Shown here: one piece after another, positions 1-9,891 of the stretch | Numbering within the stretch: position 1 is the stretch's first letter | How the letters are laid out: every line of letters begins with the position of its first letter | DNA from: Bdellovibrionales bacterium | Lineage (GTDB): Bacteria; Bdellovibrionota; Bdellovibrionia; Bdellovibrionales; UBA1609 | Length of the DNA: 64,000 bases | Assembly (NCBI GenBank): GCA_965219095.1 | Contig: CBDCMT010000001.1 | Coordinates: 576,001-640,000, forward strand | Direction: 5' to 3' | Position numbers and translations under genes: made by a program | Notes under the pieces: model-generated | The model's database searches: none | What the model was told of the DNA's origin: nothing | What the model saw: the letters and a program-made list of their open reading frames with translations, nothing else

Positions 1-2
1 AT

Positions 3-629
3 GGAATCCTAGCTCTTTTTAATATTGATGAAAAAAATATTGAATGCATAGAAGAACTCTTTCAATTAGCCTATAAAGCTAAGAAACCTTGGGCCGGAGT
101 AATTACAAAAACAGACCTAAGTTTTTCTCACAGAATAGAGATTTTAAAAAAAAAGTTACAAGAAGAGAGCATTCCATTTTGTTTAAGCTCGATAAAAAAA
201 TCTGAAAAAATAACTGAAGACGTTTTAAAACTCATAGACCCTTGGCTTAAAGAATCAGATTTACTTTACCACCAAGATCTTTATACAACACAAACTTTAA
301 GGGAAATTTTTTGTGAATTTACTTTAGAAAGCTGTTTTAATTGTTTGCACCAAGAAATTCCCTACCAAGTAGCTGTCAAAGTACAAAACTTTAAAGAGTC
401 TCCTCAAAGTCTTATAGCTCATATAAACATCATTGTTCATAAAACCGGCCACAAAGCTATTGTTCTTGGAAAAGGGGGCTCTAAAATCAAAGAAATAAGA
501 GAAATGACTCAGAAATCCTTAGAAAAACATCTTGAGAAAAAAGTAACTTTAAAGTTCTACATTACTGCAAAACCTCATTGGTTTGATCATGAAAAAATGA
601 TAAAGGAGTTAGGTTATGTCACAAATTAA
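3..629 (+). CDS. era: GTPase Era, 5'-partial (runs off window)
   Basis: Frame open from base 3: ...VITKTDL (G4 motif)...LHQEIPY...GHKAIVLGKGGSKIK (type II KH domain); directly upstream of der. Confidence 0.92.
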   Translation, partial: GILALFNIDEKNIECIEELFQLAYKAKKPWAGVITKTDLSFSHRIEILKKKLQEESIPFCLSSIKKSEKITEDVLKLIDPWLKESDLLYHQDLYTTQTLREIFCEFTLESCFNCLHQEIPYQVAVKVQNFKESPQSLIAHINIIVHKTGHKAIVLGKGGSKIKEIREMTQKSLEKHLEKKVTLKFYITAKPHWFDHEKMIKELGYVTN

Positions 630-1980
630 CACCAAGCCTCAAGTGGCTCTTATAGGGCCTCCTAATGCAGGAAAAAGCACTCTCTTTAACATCCTTATTA
701 AAACACGAAAGTCTTTAGTTAAAGACCAGCCTGGTGTGACCAGAGATGTTCTTATAGGAGAAGCTCATTGGTGGGGACAACACTTTACAGTAGCTGATAC
801 AGGGGGGCTTGATTTTACAAATAAAAATATTTTTGCCAAATCTATTAGAGAACAAATTACTAATCTCTTAAAAGACGTTAAAGCCTTTGTTGTAATCTAT
901 GATGCTAAAAGAGGGTTCCATTTAGAAGATAGAGAGCTTTTAAAATTTGTAAAAAAAATTAACAAAAATATTTATCTTGTTGTGAATAAAATCGACAACT
1001 CTCATGATAGTTATAAATTGAATGACTTTTATGGATTAGGAAAAGAAATTCATGAAGCCTCTTTTGAAAATCATAAAGGAGTTCCTGAAATTATAGAATG
1101 GATTACGAACCTTCTTTATCAAAAAACAAAACACAAAAGCCTTCCTCAGAAAAAGAACTTTAGACTTGCTGTTTTAGGGAAACCTAATACAGGGAAAAGT
1201 TCTTTTTGCAATTACCTTCTAGGTTATCACCGTATGATTGTTACAGAAAAAGCAGGCACCACCATAGATCCTGTAACAGAATCTTTTTATTTTAAAGAAA
1301 AAGCCTATGAACTGATTGATACAGCAGGTCTTAGAAAAAAAGCTAAAAGAAAAGATCACATAGAGCTTCTTTCAGGACTTAAAGCTCAAAAAACCATTCA
1401 AACATGTGATCTTGTTTTATATTTTATCGATTCCCTTATTTATCCTTCAGTTCAAGATGCCAGAGTCATAGAACTCATTCAAGAAAACTATAAACCTTTT
1501 ATTGTTTTAGGAAATAAGAGCGATTTAGCTCGTCTACAAAAGGAAAATCACGCACTTGATTTCAGACGATGTGTAAAACAAATTCTTCATTTTATTGATG
1601 AAAAGAATCTTTTCACTCACCTCATAAGTGCTAAAACAGGAGAAGGTATAGAAAAACTCTTCAGAAAGATAGAAGATATTAAAGAAAAACTTTCTATAAA
1701 AATTAAAACCTCTGATGTAAACGAAGGAATTAGAGAAGTTTTTAAAAGACTCCCCAGCCCTCTCTATAGAAATAAATCCATAAATCTTTATTATGGAACC
1801 CAAACACATCAAACTCCTCCCAGCTTTCTCATCTTTAGTAATTATCCTGAAGGATTAAAAGATTCTCATAAAAGATTTCTCGTGAAGAGTTTAAAAAAAA
1901 GATGGAGCTTGCAAGGAATCCCTTTAAGACTCTTTTTTTTAAAAAATAGGGTTCAAAAAAGAAGTTTCTCTAAATTTTAA
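616..1980 (+). CDS. der: Ribosome biogenesis GTPase Der (EngA)
   Basis: Two G domains: GPPNAGKS/DTGG/NKID and GKPNTGKS/DTAG/NKSD; C-terminal PPSF..F.N KH-like domain. Confidence 0.96.
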   Translation: MSQINTKPQVALIGPPNAGKSTLFNILIKTRKSLVKDQPGVTRDVLIGEAHWWGQHFTVADTGGLDFTNKNIFAKSIREQITNLLKDVKAFVVIYDAKRGFHLEDRELLKFVKKINKNIYLVVNKIDNSHDSYKLNDFYGLGKEIHEASFENHKGVPEIIEWITNLLYQKTKHKSLPQKKNFRLAVLGKPNTGKSSFCNYLLGYHRMIVTEKAGTTIDPVTESFYFKEKAYELIDTAGLRKKAKRKDHIELLSGLKAQKTIQTCDLVLYFIDSLIYPSVQDARVIELIQENYKPFIVLGNKSDLARLQKENHALDFRRCVKQILHFIDEKNLFTHLISAKTGEGIEKLFRKIEDIKEKLSIKIKTSDVNEGIREVFKRLPSPLYRNKSINLYYGTQTHQTPPSFLIFSNYPEGLKDSHKRFLVKSLKKRWSLQGIPLRLFFLKNRVQKRSFSKF

Positions 1981-2006
1981 ATTTCTCTAAAGAGAAATTT
2001 AAAATT
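1973..2006. repeat. 16-bp perfect AT-rich inverted repeat over the der stop codon (possible terminator or fold-back scar)
   Basis: AATTTTAAATTTCTCT-AA-AGAGAAATTTAAAATT. Confidence 0.6.
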
Positions 2007-2330
2007 ACCTGACCGCTTAAATGAGTCACTATGTGAAAAAGTGGCAATTAGCTAAAATAACTTGCTTTTTTGCGATTTTTTACTGAAAATCATTGCAAGA
2101 AAAACAGCAAAAAACTTTAAGGTGTAAAAAAAATTTTCAGAAACTAAAATATTGATGCTGTAAAAGAGATTCTTCCACAAAAATGCTCCAAAGTTGATTG
2201 ATTCTCCTCCAAATTTTTATCTGGATTTTAAAAAAAACTTCTGACTTTTCATCTTACGACTAACCTATGAAAAGTTCCTTTTACATAAAAAAGTAGTTTC
2301 ATAAGATATGTCCTCAAAGTTCTTTCATGT

Positions 2331-3344
2331 TTATTCTTTCCTTTTGACTTTTTTTGTTCTCTCACAGCTTTCAAAAGCCATTCTATAAAGTTTTATCCAA
2401 TCCGTAATATTATTAGCTAAAATTACACTTTTAGCTTTCAGAAACTCCTTAAAAATCTTTGCAGAAGATAAAGTGCAGGCTTTTTGAAAAAGCTCTAAAG
2501 CTTCTTTATATTTTTTTAACTCAAAAGAACTTAAAGCAAAGCCTTTCAGTGCTTCAAAGGAATCTTTCTTGTTCTCATAAGCCTTTTTGTAGTATTTGTA
2601 AGAGAGAGAGTAATTTTTTTTCTCAAAATAAAAATCACCTAAAACCCTCTGAACAAACTCAGAGTGAGGGAATTTTTTAGATGAAACAATGTACTGTTTT
2701 TGCCTTTGATCTTCTCTGCTATTAAGAAAATACGACTCAGCCAAATAAATGTTAAGTTCTTCATCTTGAGGCCATGCTTTCAAGGCTTTTTGACAGACTT
2801 CTAATGATTCTACAGCTAACTTAATATCTAAATACACTTTGCAAAGTTTTTTAATATATATAGTTTTGTTTCCAAAACGTTTGATCATATCCAAAAGAAG
2901 TTCTTTTGTCTCATAATGGCTGTTTTGTTGAATTAGCACTTCTAAAAGAAGGTCGTAAGCTTTTTTGTCTTTAGAGTATTTGAAAATAATTCTGTTATAC
3001 GTGTGTATGACTTTATCTTTTTTATTTTGTAAGTTGTAAAGTTCAGCTTGAAAATAAAGAGCTGGCTTATAGTCTGGCTTTTTTAAAAAAAGTAAATTCA
3101 AATGGTTTTGTGCTTCTTTGTAATTCTTTGTTTTTTGAAAGCATTTAGAAAGAATAAGAAGGCCTGAAACAGGTAGAGTTTCAGAATGAGGGCTTAAAAA
3201 CTTAATGCAGGAGGAAAAATCCTGTTCCTTATAAGCCTTTAGTCCTTTCTTAGACTGCTCTAAGGAGCTTGCCTCCAAGAAAAAAGCCATCATAATGATT
3301 AAACAAATAAAGATTTTTTTCCGATAAAGGTTAAGAGATGTCAC
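2331..3344 (-). CDS. Tetratricopeptide-repeat protein, probably exported (true start may be downstream)
   Basis: Repeated TPR-like helices (A..Y..A...P, LGDFYF....Y..S..YYKKA); hydrophobic N-terminus. Confidence 0.75.
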   Translation of the reverse strand: MTSLNLYRKKIFICLIIMMAFFLEASSLEQSKKGLKAYKEQDFSSCIKFLSPHSETLPVSGLLILSKCFQKTKNYKEAQNHLNLLFLKKPDYKPALYFQAELYNLQNKKDKVIHTYNRIIFKYSKDKKAYDLLLEVLIQQNSHYETKELLLDMIKRFGNKTIYIKKLCKVYLDIKLAVESLEVCQKALKAWPQDEELNIYLAESYFLNSREDQRQKQYIVSSKKFPHSEFVQRVLGDFYFEKKNYSLSYKYYKKAYENKKDSFEALKGFALSSFELKKYKEALELFQKACTLSSAKIFKEFLKAKSVILANNITDWIKLYRMAFESCERTKKVKRKE

Positions 3345-4171
3345 TCTTTATTATAAAACCAAATTTTAGATTTTGTCGAGAGGGGTACTATAGTAAAGGA
3401 CAGGCTCTTTTAGAAACCCTTCTTCTAGCTCTTCTTTCTGTTTTTTTTGTAGCATCTCTTATTTCTCAATTTCATACGACTTTTGATTCCTATATGGAGT
3501 CTTATTTTAAAGATTATATTGCCTGTCTTCTAGAAGTAGGAGAGTTAGCTGTAGCCTCCCCTGAGTGTAGAAAAGTTTTAGAAGAAACCTCTTTACGTAT
3601 TAGAGAAAGTGAAGAGCAGAGGAGAGAAGCTCAAAGGAAAAAAGCTCAAAAAAAAGCTCAAGAACAAAAAAACTCTTCCTCTTCTTTATCTTTTTCATCA
3701 CTACAACAAAGCCAAATAAACTCATCTCAAAATAGCTTCCTCACACCTCTTTCTCATTCTAGAAAGAGAAGCTTTTTTACGAAAGGAAGAAAGAGAAAAA
3801 AAAGAGTAAAACCTCAAAATTCTTACCTCAACCCCTCTGCTCAAGCTTCAAGGAGTATTTCTGAAGACACAAGCTCAAATACAAGAGACCTTAGTTTTTT
3901 TACACCTGAAGAAGAGTTCTATAATACAGAGGATGAAAATATTACAAACAAAACTACTAAAGCTTCTTTCGATAAAAATGTGGATTCCTCTTCTCAATTT
4001 GTCGCATTTAAAAGCACGAAAGAAAAAAAGAAAAATTTACAAAAAAAAGAAGATGATTGGGCTTTTTTAAACCTACCTAACATTCTTAAATGGGTTTTCA
4101 TTATTTTTATTATACTCGTTATTATTATATACATTGGTGGTCAGATGCAGCAAATTGCAAAATCACTCTAA
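3338..4171 (+). CDS. Membrane protein with Tad/Flp pseudopilin-like N-terminus
   Basis: KG|QALLE followed by a hydrophobic helix; Ser/Lys-rich linker; C-terminal TM helix. Confidence 0.6.
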   Translation: MSLFIIKPNFRFCREGYYSKGQALLETLLLALLSVFFVASLISQFHTTFDSYMESYFKDYIACLLEVGELAVASPECRKVLEETSLRIRESEEQRREAQRKKAQKKAQEQKNSSSSLSFSSLQQSQINSSQNSFLTPLSHSRKRSFFTKGRKRKKRVKPQNSYLNPSAQASRSISEDTSSNTRDLSFFTPEEEFYNTEDENITNKTTKASFDKNVDSSSQFVAFKSTKEKKKNLQKKEDDWAFLNLPNILKWVFIIFIILVIIIYIGGQMQQIAKSL

Positions 4172-4283
4172 AATAAAGCTTGATTCTTTAAAAATCTTGT
4201 TCTAACAGAATATGAATTTTGAGAGTTTGAATTGATAACTTATATCTTTCTTAAAGCTCATAATTATAAAGAAGGTAAAAAAA

Positions 4284-4682
4284 ATGAGTGTATTTTATAT
4301 TCCTTTTAAAAAGAAAACTTGGTCTAGAAATGAGGCCTATGACATACTACCCCTTTTAAGGCGAATCACCTTTGAGCATAAAAAAGAATTTGAAAATATC
4401 ATAGAACGCCTTCAGATTTTGACTCATGGCGATACTAATTACAAGATCGCACAAAATTTAGAAAACCTTTGCGATACGGCAATCAGGACTTGGGAAAGGA
4501 AATTGAAAGTTTTAGGGGTAGGAACTCTCGGTCTTTGGCAGATTTTATTCGATATAAAAGACAAAGGTAGTGAAAAAATAATTTATGGTATATGGACTGT
4601 ACGTTCTGATAAAATCAAGTTTATCAAGAAATCAGGCCTAAGGGTTTCTCATAAAAAACAGGCATTTTCTAAGAGGTTTTAA
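4284..4682 (+). CDS. DUF2203-like hypothetical protein
   Basis: WS..EA..ILPLLRRIT N-terminus and LGV...GLW.I.FD...Y.IW C-terminus; RBS GAAGG. Confidence 0.6.
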   Translation: MSVFYIPFKKKTWSRNEAYDILPLLRRITFEHKKEFENIIERLQILTHGDTNYKIAQNLENLCDTAIRTWERKLKVLGVGTLGLWQILFDIKDKGSEKIIYGIWTVRSDKIKFIKKSGLRVSHKKQAFSKRF

Positions 4683-4727
4683 CACAAACTTTGTCAAAAT
4701 CTCTTATTTACTGTATTTTAAGTAAAG

Positions 4728-6338
4728 ATGAGAATAGCTATTGCACAGATGAAATCTGTTCTAGGAGATTTATCTCATAATGTAGAAACCATAAAATCTT
4801 TTGTTAAAAAAGGTAGGGATGATGATCTTATCATTTTTCCAGAAAGTACTTTAATAGGCTACCCTCCTCAAGATCTTTTACAAAGATTTTCTCTTCTTAA
4901 AGCCCAGAGAAAAGCTCTTAAGGTTCTATCCCAAGAGCTTTCTGAAAATCAAGCTCTTCTTTTGGGGCTTTTCACTCAAAGTTCTACAAGCTCTGACCGA
5001 AAAACTCTTAACTCAGCCACTTTTTTACAAAAAAACAAGCCACCTCAGTTCTTTTATAAAACTCTTATTCCTCATTATGGCTTGTTTGATGAGTTGCGTA
5101 ATGTAGAGCCTTGTCTTGAACCTAAAAACAATTTTTTCTGTTTAAAAGGATTTCGCTTCCAAGTTTTAATCTGTGAAGATTTATGGGGCTTTAGTGAAAG
5201 TGAAAAACATTTTTCTTATAAAAAAAATCCCCTTTACAAATTTAAGAATGAAAAAAAAGATGCTATCTTAAGTTTAAATGCTTCTCCTTTCTGTCACAAT
5301 AAACCAGAGAAGAGAAAAAAAATGGCTCAATCGATCGTATCAGAACTCAAGGCTCCTTTAATCTATGTCAACTCTGTAGGAGCACAGGATGAAATCATTT
5401 TTGACGGAAGAAGTTTTGTTATGGATAAAGAACAAAACATGGCTTTAAAGCTTAAAAGTTTTAAAGAAGATCTTAAAAGCTTTACTTTTCCTTTGGAAAA
5501 AACTAAAAAATCTCTTTCTTATAAAAGTAAAAAAGAGGACTCAAAAGATGCCCTTCTTTTAGGTTTAAAAGAATTCTTACAAAAAACAGATCAGAAAAAC
5601 GTATGTTTAGGACTCAGTGGCGGTATTGATTCGGCACTTGTAGCAAGTTTAGCCTCTGAAGCTTTAGGGTCTGATAAGGTTCACTGTATTGCTATGCCTT
5701 CTTCTTTTAATCTAAAGGAAAGTCTTACCTTAGCTAAACAGCTTGCACAAAACTTGAATGCTCATTTTTATGAATTCCCCATAACCAAACTCTATGAGGT
5801 GATGAAAGAAGATTTTGAAAAATATTTGGGAAATCTAAAAGAAAGTATCACTTTAGAGAACTTACAAGCTAGAATAAGAGGTATGATTCTTATGGCTTTT
5901 AGTAATGACAAAAAAGCTCTTCTTCTTTGCACAGCCAACAAAAGCGAACTAGCAACAGGTTATATGACCATGTACGGAGATGCTATAGGAGCGATCGCTC
6001 CTATAGGTGATCTTTTGAAGACAGAAGTTTACGATTTTTCTAAAACCCATTACTCTCATATGATTCCTAAGGAGATCATACTGAGGGCTCCATCTGCTGA
6101 ACTCAAAAAAAACCAAAGGGATCAAGACACCCTCCCTCCCTATGAGACACTTGATGGCTTTATTGAAAGTATGATTCACAAAGGGGAGTCTTATAACAAC
6201 AAAGAAGAAAAAAAGTGGCTAAAAATTATACTTAAAAATGAATTTAAAAGAAGGCAAGCTCCTCCTAGTTTACGAGTCCATGAGGTAAGTTTTAATTTAA
6301 GTTTGAAATTACCTCTTCAACCAAAATTCTGGTTTTGA
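4728..6338 (+). CDS. nadE: Glutamine-dependent NAD+ synthetase
   Basis: Nitrilase domain (FPE, K, ICEDLW) plus GLSGGIDS, ENLQARIRG, NKSE, PSAEL. Confidence 0.95.
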   Translation: MRIAIAQMKSVLGDLSHNVETIKSFVKKGRDDDLIIFPESTLIGYPPQDLLQRFSLLKAQRKALKVLSQELSENQALLLGLFTQSSTSSDRKTLNSATFLQKNKPPQFFYKTLIPHYGLFDELRNVEPCLEPKNNFFCLKGFRFQVLICEDLWGFSESEKHFSYKKNPLYKFKNEKKDAILSLNASPFCHNKPEKRKKMAQSIVSELKAPLIYVNSVGAQDEIIFDGRSFVMDKEQNMALKLKSFKEDLKSFTFPLEKTKKSLSYKSKKEDSKDALLLGLKEFLQKTDQKNVCLGLSGGIDSALVASLASEALGSDKVHCIAMPSSFNLKESLTLAKQLAQNLNAHFYEFPITKLYEVMKEDFEKYLGNLKESITLENLQARIRGMILMAFSNDKKALLLCTANKSELATGYMTMYGDAIGAIAPIGDLLKTEVYDFSKTHYSHMIPKEIILRAPSAELKKNQRDQDTLPPYETLDGFIESMIHKGESYNNKEEKKWLKIILKNEFKRRQAPPSLRVHEVSFNLSLKLPLQPKFWF

Positions 6339-6457
6339 TTTTTTTCAAGACTTCTTTTTCTAAAAAAGACCCCTTGGTTTTTGAACCACTCTTGATTTAA
6401 GCCTGCTATGAACAGATTTGCTATTGAATATGAGGGGAGGTTTGATTAGGAAGAACT

Positions 6458-6481
6458 GTAACTCGGTTTTTTAACCTCCCT
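6458..6481. mobile_element. Orphan IS66-family terminal inverted repeat
   Basis: GTAACTCGGTTTTTTAACCTCCC resembles the IS66 end at 42580-42602 (GTAACTCGGTTATATGACCGCCC on minus) and the one at 58164-58187. Confidence 0.6.
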
Positions 6482-6489
6482 TAACTTAT

Positions 6490-6536
6490 CCTCCTCAAAA
6501 GAACCTCCGGGAACCCACAGATTATTTTGAGGAGGC
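6490..6536. mobile_element. ISL3 right-end hairpin scar
   Basis: CCTCCTCAAAAGAA joined to CCTCCGGGAACCCACAGATTATTTTGAGGAGGC, i.e. an inverted IRR fused to a forward IRR; same junction as 41873-41920. Confidence 0.8.
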
Positions 6537-6587
6537 CATTTTATGAAGGCTTCATTAACTTGATTCTGGTATGAGCATAAGAGTAAC

Positions 6588-8180
6588 CTATGTCTTAGGA
6601 AGGGTGTTTTCTAAATGAACAGTTTGGGTAGGGAAAGCAAAGCTAATTTGTTCTTTATGAGCCAGTTTGAGAATGGACATGAAAATATTTTGCTTTTCTT
6701 TAAGTTCTTCCTCCCAACTCTTTGTGATTAAAAAAAAATAAAGTAAAATGTCTAAACTGTAAGCTCCGTAGTTTGTGAAAACCACATGGCATGAACCCTT
6801 ATAGCTTGAAGGATGGGCTAAAATAAGATCTTTTAGTTTTTTGATAAAAACTTCTAATTTTTCAGGAGGTGTGTCATAGGTGAGTCCAAGGGTTGTTTTT
6901 ATTCTTCTCATCTTTCGTTTACCCATATTATCAATGGGAAGAGAGGCTATCTCAGAATTAGGAACTGTGACAATTGAATCATAAAAGGTACGTACTTTCG
7001 TAGAACGTAATCCTATATCTTCCACAGTTCCTTCTGTAGAACCTGTTTTAATCCAATCTCCTGCTGAAAAAGGATGATCCACTAAGATCATAAGAGAACC
7101 AAAAAAGTTAGCTGCTGTATCTTTAGCCGCTAGGGCTAAAGCTAGACCTCCAATTCCTAAACCTGTAAGGATAGAAAAAATGTTAAGCCCCATATTTTGT
7201 AGTGTCATAAGAGTACCGAAAACGACGACAAAAATTCTCAGGGACTTTAAGAGAAAGGGGTAGAGTTTATCGTCTAATGATGTTTCTGTTTGTGAACTAA
7301 TTTTTTTTAATAAAATACCTAAAATGTTAATTAAATTGTAAGAGGCCCAAATAAGACTGAAACTTAAGGTGAGTTTGATTGCCATGTTTAAGAGAGTGAG
7401 CCATATTCCATCTAGTTGTAGAAGCTCAATACAAAGAAGCCATAACAAACTAGCACTTATCCAAGACAAAGGTTTTTGTAAGTAGTGAAAAATGGTTTTT
7501 CTAAAATTATCTTTTGTTTTAGGACTCCATTTTTCAAAAAATAAAAGTATATTTTGAAAGAAAAAGCGAATAACATTTCCTAATGCAAAAACGAGAAGGA
7601 TGAAAATCCATTTCCACAAAGGAAGGCCTAAAGCACTTTCTTTAGACCATTCAGGTAAATACTGTTGAGCCAAAGGAGGTTTATACAAGGCTCCCTGTCC
7701 TGAGCCTTCTAAGTAGCCTAGATGCTTTACAAGACTATAGAACTCACTAAGACGCCTTATAGTTTCTTTGGAAAAAAGAAACTGCCCTTTTCTATCACCT
7801 TCACTCACTTTTGAAATGTAAATTTCTGTACCCTTTAACCTCCATGAACTTAAATGAGGATCTTCAGGAATCAGATTCAAATTGATTACAATCACCCTGT
7901 CTATGATCTCTTTAAGAAGTATAGCTTTTTGAAACCTTTGAGCATAATCTAGTGGAGGAATGTTAAGAGTTCTGGTAGCTTTTGAAAGGCTTAGCTGAGC
8001 TTGTTCTTTGTTTTTTTGTAGCTTGTACTTTCTGTAGCTATTCATCGCCATTATAAAGGATGTCATAGTATCCCTAGGATGATCCAATTTAACAGGCTCT
8101 AAAGGTGAGCTTTGGGCTGAAAACCCTAAAAAAAGGTTCAAAGAACAAATAAAAATAAGTTTTCTAGCTTGATACAACAT
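6588..8180 (-). CDS. MscS-family mechanosensitive channel with N-terminal periplasmic domain
   Basis: LGIGGLALALAAKDTAANFFGS, PFSAGDWI, GTVEDIGLRSTKVRT, FAFPTQT. Confidence 0.93.
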   Translation of the reverse strand: MLYQARKLIFICSLNLFLGFSAQSSPLEPVKLDHPRDTMTSFIMAMNSYRKYKLQKNKEQAQLSLSKATRTLNIPPLDYAQRFQKAILLKEIIDRVIVINLNLIPEDPHLSSWRLKGTEIYISKVSEGDRKGQFLFSKETIRRLSEFYSLVKHLGYLEGSGQGALYKPPLAQQYLPEWSKESALGLPLWKWIFILLVFALGNVIRFFFQNILLFFEKWSPKTKDNFRKTIFHYLQKPLSWISASLLWLLCIELLQLDGIWLTLLNMAIKLTLSFSLIWASYNLINILGILLKKISSQTETSLDDKLYPFLLKSLRIFVVVFGTLMTLQNMGLNIFSILTGLGIGGLALALAAKDTAANFFGSLMILVDHPFSAGDWIKTGSTEGTVEDIGLRSTKVRTFYDSIVTVPNSEIASLPIDNMGKRKMRRIKTTLGLTYDTPPEKLEVFIKKLKDLILAHPSSYKGSCHVVFTNYGAYSLDILLYFFLITKSWEEELKEKQNIFMSILKLAHKEQISFAFPTQTVHLENTLPKT

Positions 8181-8555
8181 TTACCAACTAAACATAAAGA
8201 TAAATCCAATGGCTCTAAAAGTAAAGGCTATAAACCCTATTTTTTTATGCCTTTGGTTGATTTTTTGACAGCTGGGCTTTGTTTTTAAACGTAAAACACC
8301 ATAAATGACTGTGGGTATATAAAAAATAACAGCTAGGGTGGAAAAGATGATATGGATTTGTTGGAAGATCTCTGATGAAAATGACAAAGCTGTATCAAGA
8401 GCTCCTCTTTTGAATTCTAAAACTAGTATGATGGCAAAATCAGATAAAATGGCTGAAAGCATAAGAGGAACATGGAAGATTTTTTTCTTTCTTAAAAAAA
8501 GCCCTAAGCACAAAGCTAAGAAATTGAGTATGGCTATACTTTGATAATGGCTCAC
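8181..8555 (-). CDS. Small His-containing membrane protein (DUF420-like)
   Basis: Four hydrophobic segments with His residues (HVPLM, HIIFS, HKKIG). Confidence 0.6.
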   Translation of the reverse strand: MSHYQSIAILNFLALCLGLFLRKKKIFHVPLMLSAILSDFAIILVLEFKRGALDTALSFSSEIFQQIHIIFSTLAVIFYIPTVIYGVLRLKTKPSCQKINQRHKKIGFIAFTFRAIGFIFMFSW

Positions 8556-8603
8556 TCAAATCTCTTTTCTTGTAATTTATAATCGTATATTTCCATATAT
8601 TCT

Positions 8604-9284
8604 TTAGCAGTCTCCTTTTTCTCCGTAGAGTGCGTTATAATTTTCATAGGCCTCTACTTGGTAGATCTGCCTTTCTGGAAGAACAAAAGCAGAGAGTTTT
8701 TCTCCATAAACGCAACCTGAGTCAAGTCCTATGGTGTTCGTTCTTTCTAAAAGACCCTGTAAAGACCAGTGGCCGTAGATGACAGGGCGGGTTTCTTCAT
8801 AAAAATCATACCAAGGAGGACAGTCCTTTCTATTAAGGTTTTTCCCTGTTTTGTCCCAAGTACGTATGTTGGTTAAAATATATCTTGGAGTTTTTGAAGG
8901 GTGTGTATAGGGTTTAAGACCTGCATGTACCACAAGAAAATCCTCTTCTTCAATATAAAGAGGGAGATCTGAAAGCCATTTTTCCCATAAGGACAACTGA
9001 TAACTCATATGTTCTTTTAAGCTCCTTAGAGCTTTGTAGTTGAGTTTTGTGTTTTTTTGCAAATGCTCTAAGAACTGAAGCTCATGGTTCCCTAAAACAC
9101 ATTCTGCATTTAGAGATCGAACAAATTCTAGTGTTTTTAAAGAAAAAGGACCTTTATTGATCAGATCACCTACAAAAATAAGGCGTTCTTTTGAACAATA
9201 GTTCAGTTTATCAAGAAGCCTTTTTAATTCGTAAAGACAACCATGTACATCTCCTATAAAAATGGTTCTCATGTCCTTTTCCAT
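8604..9284 (-). CDS. Calcineurin-like metallophosphoesterase (ApaH/PrpE-like)
   Basis: GDVHG, GDLINKG, GNHE, HAG, GHW, LDSGCVYG motifs. Confidence 0.9.
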   Translation of the reverse strand: MEKDMRTIFIGDVHGCLYELKRLLDKLNYCSKERLIFVGDLINKGPFSLKTLEFVRSLNAECVLGNHELQFLEHLQKNTKLNYKALRSLKEHMSYQLSLWEKWLSDLPLYIEEEDFLVVHAGLKPYTHPSKTPRYILTNIRTWDKTGKNLNRKDCPPWYDFYEETRPVIYGHWSLQGLLERTNTIGLDSGCVYGEKLSAFVLPERQIYQVEAYENYNALYGEKGDC

Positions 9285-9348
9285 GAAGAAATTCCAAAAC
9301 TGATTTTTTTATTCCTTCCCTTAAGATGGTTGAAAACAAAGTACATTT

Positions 9349-9891
9349 TTAATTCTTTTTTTCTTTGATTTTACTTAAGTAAAATTTTAGTTCTTCAATG
9401 CTTTCTAAAATATCGTTTTTGGCACGATGGGTTCCTTTTTTTTCTTTGTATTTAATATTTAAAATGGGGGCTAAGACAATTTTAAAGGAACTGACATCAA
9501 GGATGCGGTAGTGAAGGTAAGTAAACCAATTTTTGAAATAACGCCTGATAAAAAGTCTATCGTGGTGAACAGAGTTTCCTGCAAGAATGATCTTCTCTTT
9601 TTTAAAATGTTTTTTTGAAAGTTTGATAAGGTCCTTTTCTACAGTCTTCGGATCAAGGCCATGAGGAATTTCCTCTAATAGTCCCGAAAGGGTGTGTTGG
9701 TTTTTATTCCATTTATCCATATGATCTATATAATGTTGAGCTTGCTTTACTACGGCATGGTAGGAGTCAAGTACCTTGAATTTGTTGTCAGTAACGATAG
9801 CAGCAACTTCAATAATGACTTCTTTTTCTACATCTAGGCCTGTCATTTCTAGGTCAAGCCATAAAAATTTACTGTTTTTTATCTTTGACAC
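9349..9891 (-). CDS. orn: Oligoribonuclease
   Basis: WLDLEMTGLD, LAGNSVHHDRLFI, HYRILDVSS, HRA..DI.ESI.EL. Confidence 0.95.
   Translation of the reverse strand: MSKIKNSKFLWLDLEMTGLDVEKEVIIEVAAIVTDNKFKVLDSYHAVVKQAQHYIDHMDKWNKNQHTLSGLLEEIPHGLDPKTVEKDLIKLSKKHFKKEKIILAGNSVHHDRLFIRRYFKNWFTYLHYRILDVSSFKIVLAPILNIKYKEKKGTHRAKNDILESIEELKFYLSKIKEKKN

Noticed and set aside
2006..2300. Possible IS4-like terminus TACCTGACCGCTTAA and remnant
   Set aside because: No second copy or transposase motif in the window
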